From Phaeosaccion multiseriatum (Eukaryota; Protista; Ochrophyta, other classes), in NCBI GenBank assembly GCA_965112735.1, contig OZ218959.1, forward strand, positions 806,001 through 870,000: 64,000 nt of DNA, in the 5' to 3' direction. Positions within the stretch are counted from its first letter, which is position 1. Every line of letters begins with the position of its first letter. The notes under the pieces are model-generated. The model did not search any database, was not told the origin of the DNA, and was given only the letters and a program-made list of their open reading frames with translations. Both the position numbers and the translations under genes were made by a program. Shown in pieces: positions 55,945 through 64,000 of the stretch.

Positions 55945-58635
55945 ATGGCTCTCATGCCGCGCCAACGGAAGATATGCTTTCTCTTTGCGGCGCTAGTCGT
56001 TTTGGGGGCTGCGGGAACCGCGCTAGAGACCTCGGTCGATGGCTCTAGCAAGGACTCCAAGGAGGCGGCCGCCGCAGAGGCTTCGCGGTCAGAATCTGCC
56101 GCTGCTGTCCCGAAGCTGCTGAAGGAGCAAAAGCCGGAACTCGTTGCTGAGGAAGCGAAGGAGAAGGTCGAAAGGGGTGAGGGGGGCGGTACTGAGAACA
56201 AGGACGATGAAGATGAAGACGAGGATGAAGACGACGAGGACGACGAGGACGAGGAAGAGGAGGAGGAGGAAGAGGACGACGACTACGTTGTGCCAGAGGA
56301 GGAGGAAGGCAATCCGTGGTCTCTTGTAACTGTAAGTGGGACAGTCTCTTTTTTGATCACTTTCCCTGCTGATAACCCTCGTCTCGAGAGTCACGGACGT
56401 CCCATCTCCTCCTAACCCTCAGGGCGATCAACTCCTGTGGGTGCTGGGATGCAAGGATGTGCAGTCATGCGGAGACGAGTGGTACCGCAACGGGGAGAAC
56501 AAAGACGGCAGGCCAGACATGCCCTGGCTGCAGGAGGAGCCCGACATTCCGCTAGAGATCCAGCTGGACTACTCTCGCAACGGTGAGAGAGAGAGAGAGA
56601 GAGAGGCATACAGTGAGGGGAGGGGGGGGGGCTAGTATGGGTATGCGTGCATGGCGAGCCCGAGGGGATGAGGGCTCAAAGCAGCAGGGGAGGCGAAACG
56701 CCCACTTGAAGCTCCTTCCTGGAAGGAGCAAGTTGTGATGGAGGGGAACCGCTGTGCCATTCGCTTCTGCTCACACCTCGCTCTCTGTGAACTCTCATCT
56801 ATTCGTTTTTGTCGGCGATCTCGGCGGTGTGTGCATATCAGGCCATACGGTGACCCGAGGCCTCTTCTCCGCGGAGCAAATGGAGGTGATGCGGCCTGCC
56901 ATCATCAAGTCCTGTGTCAACTCAGAGGTGAGAGGCAACCACACTCTGCACTGTGTACTTTGTGATTTGTGCTTTAGTACTGTCCCCGGATGGCTTGTCT
57001 TGTTATTTTCTTGTTTTGTCGGCCTCGGCCTTGGCCTCCCGCCCCCTTCCAACACTTTCTGTCTTCCCCCGTACGTCCCCGGTTCTGCAGATCGAGGTGA
57101 AGCGCCACATGGTGGGGCAGCAGATCGACGACGACGATGAAGACTACACCGAGCAGTACGCCGCTCTGGACGCGCTCAGCAAGGCGGATGTGCTGCGCAA
57201 GTTCCGTAAGGTGCCTTTCAAGGCCAAGAAGTTCTACCAAGCGTGAGTCAACGAAGCCAGCGTATGGACGTCCTCCTCCCACCCTTTACCCTGTCCCTAC
57301 CTCTGACCCCGGACGCTTTTGCTCACTCCACTTCCTCCCCCCGCGTGGTGCAGTTTCAACATCTGGCGACTGCCAGTGGACGACACCGACCCCCGCGTGG
57401 ACAACTACGCCACCCGCCAGATTGTGCTCTCCAAGCGCCTCGCCTCCACCGCTGCACAGCTGCTCGGCTGTGACCGCGTGAGGGTCTACCAGGACAGCAT
57501 CTTTGGCAAGCAGCCGGGCTTCGGCAAGACATGTGAGTGGACGGCCAGAGAGAGGACGGAGAGGGGAGCACCAGCCCCGTCGGTCGGCGGCGTTACCTTG
57601 CTGGAAAGCAAACGAACGATGCAGCTGGCTCATTGCTTTTGGTTGCTGCCGCCCGAACAAAGCAACGACTCACTCTCTTACATGTCCTCCCCGCCCCTCA
57701 CCCCCCTCCTTTCTCAGCGTGGCACGTGGACTTGAACATGGCCCCGATCGATGGTAAGTGGAAGGCAGCGTAAGGCAGTACAGTACCATAGCAAGGGGCG
57801 AAGAGAGCACGCGTACATGGAGGCGTACCGACTACTCTTTCCTCGCTCGAGGCACCAACGAACTTTGCCTGTGCTTTCTCTCTCGCTCTTGGGTCCTTTT
57901 GCTGTTGCCCCTCGCCCCTCCACCGTCAGGAAACGACTTTGTGACAGCGTGGATGCCGCTGCACCCCATGGGATCCCTCGAGGAAGGGGCCTCCAGCCTC
58001 GTCTTCGCCAGCGGCAGCCACCGAGACTACGCCAGTCTATACTGGTACCAACGGGACAGCACTGACGTTGTGAAGGATTCGCTGGACAATGGCGAGCCCG
58101 CCTCCGACCGCTACGGATCACCCAAGTCGCACGGAGCGATGGCCCTCGGAGACGCAACGTGGCACTCGGGGTAAGTTGGGGCAAGTTGAGGACAAGTTGA
58201 GCTGTAATAATTGACCTTGAATGGTGCTGAAGGGAGGGCAAGCGGGCGAGGGGGAAGAGGAGACAGCCGTGGACAGATGGAAGAGTTCGAGAGATGGATT
58301 GGCGTTTAAGAGGCAGACCGCTCTTACAAGCTCACACTCACACCGATTTTCTTTTGTGCACCCCCCCCTGCCACATGCCATGCCCTTGATCATCACTCAG
58401 GTGGGTTTCGCACGTGGCCGTGGGCAACGAGAAGCGCCTGGCCCTGACCATTTCGTACATTTGTCACGGAACGACGATGGAGACCCGCGACGACCTCGAG
58501 CGCACCACCAACATGGAGGACTGGCGCAGCTTCAAGGCCTGGATTGGCGACGTCAAGGACGGGCAGGTGGTGGACCATCCACTGGTGCCTCTTGTTTACG
58601 ATAAGGCCGGGTACATGCCCACCACCAACATGTGA
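55945..58635 (+). CDS. Phytanoyl-CoA dioxygenase (PhyH)-family Fe(II)/2-oxoglutarate oxygenase with signal peptide and acidic linker, multi-exon
   Basis: VRVYQDSIFGKQPG, WHVDLNMAP (HxD), FVTAWMPL, LVFASGSH, GDATWHSGWVSH...RLALTISY; hydrophobic N-terminus CFLFAALVVLGAAG. Confidence 0.85.
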
Positions 58636-59018
58636 AGAGGGTCGGCAGCTGTCGCCAGTTATCGGACGCGGCAGAGAATGTCTGCATCGATTTTGTTTGA
58701 AGCCACCGGTTGGAAGGAGAGGAGGTGGAGAAGAGTTGAGAGTTGAGAGTACCAAGGCGAAGGAAGGGAGCTTATTTATGAGATAATAGTGTGGGTCCGA
58801 CGGGGAGCAGAGCAGAGTAGAGAGTAGAGCGGATGTAGCACCATTTCGTTGTGCAACAAACGCGAGAGCACAGCACATACGGGAATAACGGGGGAGGCGT
58901 GGGCGGAATTGAACACTTCCATGCCCCCATTGACTGTATATATATACAAAACATTTTACCCTCCAGACCCTCCCCTCTCATGTTGAGCGAGGGAGTAGAC
59001 TTAAGCAAATCCCTGTGA

Positions 59019-61950
59019 TTAGTCTAAGAGTCTGTCGTCCCTGTGGTAGTATTCGGACATGAGGCGGTAGATGTAGCTGGGCTGGTGCCCCCCCGCGTTG
59101 GTGATATACAGGCCCACAAGCCCTGGGGGTACGTAGTCGTAGGCCGGGTTGACGACGTCCACGCTCGCCAGTTGGTCATACACCGGGTGGGACATGACGG
59201 CGGAGGGGGCGAGGAGGGTGTTGAAGGTGTCCTGGTCATGCGGGAAGAGGGGGCAGAGCTTGTACAGGCCCGTCACGCACACCACGGGCACGCTGAGCTC
59301 CTTCGCCGCCAGGGCAGCCACGTGGCAGCCGCTGCTGGACACCAGCCCGCCTGGGGGAGGGAGGGGGTGGGAATGTAAGAGACACCATGAGACGGTGAAA
59401 GAGAGGGTGATGTGAGGCGGGGGTTGGAGGTAAGGCTTACTTGGGCGGGGCGGTAGAGCTATCGCCTCTTTGCCTCACTGGTCCCGTCTGCCCACAAGGA
59501 GAGGCCCACCCCCATCACTCACTCACTCACCGTTGGCGACGACTGCGTGGCACGGCAGGATGACCTTGTTGACTCGGGCCATGATGGCGAACACGGCGCT
59601 GTCGGGGATGACCGTCGTCTCCACCCCCGCGAAGCCTCCCTCCCCCTTGGACAGCTCCACCGCCAATTTCTGCCCAACAGAGGATAAAGTTCCCACCCAG
59701 GAGAGAGAGAGTTTTTTAGTTGCTCGACAGACAAGTCCCAACAAAGGTGGAGGGATTGGGTGTGTGTTTGTACCCCAATCGGGGCTGTCTATTTACCGCT
59801 GGGGGGGGGCTCTTTCTAACCCCCAACCCCCAAGCACGACCCCCTCCCCTCTCCAAGTGCACTCACATGCCCCAACAGAGAGGGCGCGGCCTCCATGACG
59901 ATGACCTGGAAGGTCAGGCCCGCCTTGTGCAGGTGGCGAGCGGCGGCCTTGAGGAACGCGCCTACCGCAGCGGAGTAGCCGAACGTCAGGATGACCTCAT
60001 TGGCGTGTATGGTGTCCGCGGCGGAGTCACAGATGGACGCGTTGGACTCGTCGATGTCGTCCTTCAGCTCCGTCAGGCCCTCGATAATGTTGGCTTTGAG
60101 CTCCAGGTAGACCTGAAGGAAGGAAGGAGGAAGAGAGGAAGGAAGGAAGGAAGGAAGGAAGGAAGGAAGGAAGGAAGGAAGGAAGGAAGGAAGGAAGGAA
60201 GGAAGGAAGAAAGGACACAAAGGTTAAGCAGGGTATGCCTCACCACAAAAGCAGTAGAGCAAACTCAGCAAGGATAGGCGGGCAGAGCGCCGACGATGGC
60301 AGTAGACGACGCCAGTAGTCGCTACAAGGGCGCAGTGGGGCCTTTCGTGAGAGCTCAACAGAGAAAGTCCAGAGCCGCGGTGAGCGTACGTCCACTGCCA
60401 CCTAACGCTGGAGGCGAGGTCACTGCACGTTGCACCTTTCTGGTTTGGCTTCGCTTCTTACATCATCGACTACCATCGGCTTCCTCTCAATGGTGTGATC
60501 TGCTGCCGCCCCTCCGGGCTCTCTGTCCCTTCTTACGTAGCGCTAGACACTGCTCACCTCTGTGTAGTCCAGCTCCCCCGCGCTGCCCCCGAGCACGGAC
60601 TCTAGAGAAGGAGCTCCCACTTCGCCCTTTGCCGCGCCGTCCTCCCTCTTCTCCGCCTGTGGAAGGGGGAGAGCGACGACAGGGAGGAGGGAAGGACACG
60701 CAAGGCAGAGCAGAGCAATGGGATGAGGCCCTCGTACGATACAGCAACGACTCCAGTCACGGCCAGGCGGCCACTCACGCACTCACGCTGCTTCGCTCGC
60801 TGCTGTCGAGGTTGGCGTACTCCTCTCTGATGATGAAGAGCACTCTCCGGACCATGTTGCCCACCGCAAGCTCCGTGGGCTTGGCGGCCATGATCTCTCG
60901 TCCTATCTCCTGCACGTTGCAGAGGGGGGGGGGCGAGAGAAAGAGAGCGTTCCAGAGAGAGGGGGGGGGAGATTGAGAGAGAACGAGGGAGGGAGGGAGG
61001 ACTAGCAGTGTGTGTGTGAGGCAGCAGGCGAGAGAGAGCACGCTAAGTGAGCTGTAGAGGGTACAAAGGGCTCTCTTCTCTGCACGCAACGCCCGCACAC
61101 ACCGACACACGCACGTACACAATACATGCACACACACACACACACACTTGCTTCCACACCTTGACCACCCCCATGAGCTGCTTGGCGTTGTGCCACTTGC
61201 ACGTGCCCACCACAGACCGCAGGAGCTCCACCGTGCACTTGGCGCAGTCGAAGGGGCCCGTCACCTGGCGGCGACGCAGACCTGCGGACAGGGGCGCCAG
61301 CCAGGGTGAGGAGGTGCATTGTAACCATTCACAGGGCAGATCAGATACCAGAGGGGGGGAGAAGTGTGCTTGATTAAGGGCCGCACGATCTTCTAGGCTT
61401 TCTTCGACCGTCCTAATGTCCCAGTTGTTCTTGAGGCGTGGGTTTCTTCTTATTCACCTCAATCTCCTCTCTCCCCTCTCTACCCTTCTCTTTTTGCTCT
61501 GCGCCGCGGCTGCTGCTACGTGCTGCAGATTGGTCAGGATCATGTCCTCGAGAATTGGAGGACGCACAGAATACATGTCGCTGCAGCTGTATACCTTTAG
61601 TCAGGCCGTTTGTTTACACCTTTAGCCTTTAGCCCATCACCCTCCTCTCTCTCTCCCTCCTCCTCGTCTCCTTCTCTGTCTCCCTCGGCGCTTGCGCGTG
61701 GCTTGTGGCCTCAACAACAAGACACATTCTACTCACCTGTGGCCAACGCATCTAGTTGCTTCAATATACCCGGCCAGCACGTCAACCAGGAGCGCAGATT
61801 GGTTTCTCGGGGGTCGAAGCCAAGGCTGGTAGATACAGACGAGGACCTCTGCCGTTGTTGTTGCTGTTGCTGCGGCGGCGGCTGCTGCTGCGGCCGCTGC
61901 CGCTGTGAAGACGCACGGGGGGAATGCCCGTCTACTGTTGTGGATACCAT
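59019..61950 (-). CDS. EIF2B2: Translation initiation factor eIF2B subunit beta, multi-exon
   Basis: [23 protein letters not shown]; [13 protein letters not shown]; [17 protein letters not shown]; YKLCPLFP...NPAYDYVPP...[16 protein letters not shown]. The start is inferred at ATG 61950, with exon 1 ending near 61736. Confidence 0.9.
60115..60210. repeat. (GGAA)n intronic microsatellite
   Basis: Tetranucleotide run in an eIF2B-beta intron. Confidence 0.9.
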
Positions 61951-62078
61951 GTCTACCCTTCCCTTGTGCGGAAGAAGGAGAATTATCGCCGCTCTCGCCA
62001 AATGTGAGTATGTATCACCAACGCGACAACATCTTCTTCCCTGCAACCCGCTATAGTCCTCTTCCTCCATGACCAGGG

Positions 62079-62555
62079 ATGAAGGAGGCAGGAGAAAATT
62101 GTAGCAAGGCTTGTTGGAGTAGGAAGAGGAGGAGAAGCGGCAGAGCCAGCCCAGCAGCAACACCGTTTCTCCTACTGGTGCTTTCCTCCTCCTCAAGGGT
62201 TGCTGCCTTCGCTCCCGGCCTTGGGGGGGATTTCTCTGCAGCAGTTAGGGCTCTTGGGCCCCGAGGGTACCACAGCTTCGGCACGGATCGCGTGGGTGGC
62301 GAGATCTTGTCGAAGGGCTCTCACTCTCGGACGAGGTCACACCATTCACCTTGCCGTTCTTCAACTTCCTTGTGCGGGGCGGCTTGGGTCGCTACTGCCG
62401 CCGGGGGTGCGCTGAGCGGCATCTCGCTTGGGTTGGGGCCTTGGACTACATCCGCGGCTGGTGATGCTGCTCCCGCTGTTCTCGAGGCTCTGCCGCCTGC
62501 GTGGATTCCGTTGCTTGGTGGAGCCGTCGTCTTTGCGAGTATGGCCTTCCAGCAG
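62079..62555 (+). CDS. Exon encoding a signal-peptide + AAFAP leader and a transmembrane segment (5' exon of the MFS gene or a separate small gene)
   Basis: PFLLLVLSSSSRVAAFAP...WIPLLGGAVVFASMAFQQ followed by a GTGAG donor site. Confidence 0.4.
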
Positions 62556-62726
62556 GTGAGACTGCGTAGCGGAAGGACTCCATATATCACCACACCTTTT
62601 CTTTGCTCGGCGGATGAGTCTCCTCCAGCACTTTCCCTCTCTTTTCGCGTGTGTATGCGTGTGTTCCCATGTCTCTGGGAAACAAGGCACTAGCGCGTGG
62701 CGCACCGGCTCACGGACCTCGAGAGA

Positions 62727-64000
62727 TGGATAAAAAAAAAGTGCAGGAGGGAGTGGAAGGAGTCGACCCCATGGCAAGCCCCGCCCTCTTGGCCGAGGGT
62801 GCTTGGGCGTGGCTCGAAGAGGGCCCCTTCGCAGCGAACAGATTGGACGAGGCGACCCCCGCCAGTGTTACGCAGTGGGCAAATTACGGCAGCACCGAGC
62901 CGGAAAAGGAGGGTAGTAGCACTGCTGAAGCCGAAGCTGTCCCGGTTTCCCGGAGCAGGAGCTTGACCGTGGAGTCGTGTGTGGACGGCTCAGCCTCGTG
63001 GTTTCCGCTAAGCGTGCTGGTCCCGCTGGGCCTTGGCAACGCTGCTGACGCGGTGGAGGTACTGAGGTACTTCGTAGTACATTACTTTCCGCTGCCTCGT
63101 GCACATACCATTGTAGACACCTGTACTCATGGCCACCTTAGGACTCAGTATCCTTTAATCTTGAGTACGTATGTTCCTTTCTCCTCTTCGTCCATTCCCC
63201 CGCAGCGTCGGTTACGTGCTGCCCCTGTGGCATGATCCCCTCACAGGGGCGCTCCTCTCGTCGCTGGACAAGGAGCTCGTCACGAGGTGAGAGTGAGAGC
63301 TGCACAGTGGGGGCCGAACGAGGCGGTGAACAAAGCCCCACATGTGCCCTTCCTCACCCCCCACCCTGCCCATGCCCCATGTATTGCCCCAGCTCCGTTT
63401 TTCTGGGCATGCTTTGCGGCGGCTTGGCGTCGGGCCTTTGGGCGGACGTGATCGGCCGGCGTCGTGTTCTGCTGCTCTCCCTCGCCGTCAATTCCGTGTT
63501 CGGGGCCCTCTCAGCGCTGGCGACGTCGGTTCCGGAGTTGGTGATATGCAGAGCCATTGCCGGAATAGGAGTCGGCGGGAGCATTCCAAGTGCGTTCATG
63601 GCTTGCATGCCCATTGGGGTATTATATGTTGTGCTTGCCTCGGCCTGTACACACACGCGCGCCTAAGTGCGGAAAAGTAATGGTTGTATCTTGCTTTGTT
63701 GTGCCTGCTCGGGCATGGGCAGGTGTGTTCACTCTGGGGACGGAGCTGTTCCCCACCTCTGTGCGAGGCAAATTGCTCACCGGGATAGCCAGCTTTTGGA
63801 TGGTGGGTGCTCTCTACGCCGCGGGTAAGATACGAGACTGAGCTACTGGAGGGGGGAGGGGAGAAGACGGTGTACCGTCTTTTGGATTTGTCTGTCTCCC
63901 GCTGCTCAGCCGCTCGCTCAATCCCTTCTACGGCTGCGACAACGTCTCGTCTCTGTCGCTGCTGCTCCCACCCCCCTAAACCTGTGATCGCGCTTGTGGA
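62727..64000 (+). CDS. MFS transporter, SV2/SVOP-like (start uncertain, 3'-partial, multi-exon)
   Basis: GLGNAADAVEVL; GLWADVIGRR (MFS motif A); CRAIAGIGVGG; ELFPTSVRG...FWMVG. Confidence 0.85.

Overview
Eukaryotic genomic DNA with GT-AG introns and a TTAGGG-type telomere repeat; a protein with an 'AAFAP' plastid-type leader hints at an ochrophyte (heterokont alga). The window has two halves separated by a 100-N scaffold gap (39644-39743). LEFT (1-39643): a nested stack of Ty3/Gypsy LTR retrotransposons from at least four families, three with C-terminal chromodomain-like regions, followed by about 12.5 kb of GGA-rich complex satellite. RIGHT: a chromosome-end layout of (CCTGG)n (probably mis-basecalled telomere), (CCCTAA)17, a 175-bp subtelomeric satellite and (GGA)150. 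Four intron-containing genes follow: XPF/ERCC4, a PhyH-family dioxygenase, eIF2B-beta and an SV2-like MFS transporter. Two observations stand out. (1) The Pol of the first Gypsy element carries an apparently intact DEDDy (WRN/RNase D-like) 3'-5' exonuclease domain in frame between RNase H and integrase. (2) All five 5'-LTR/internal junctions visible here lack a tRNA primer-binding site. Each instead has a perfect 12-14 bp palindrome starting on the terminal A of the LTR, with three different sequences across families, which suggests tRNA-independent or dimer-mediated priming.
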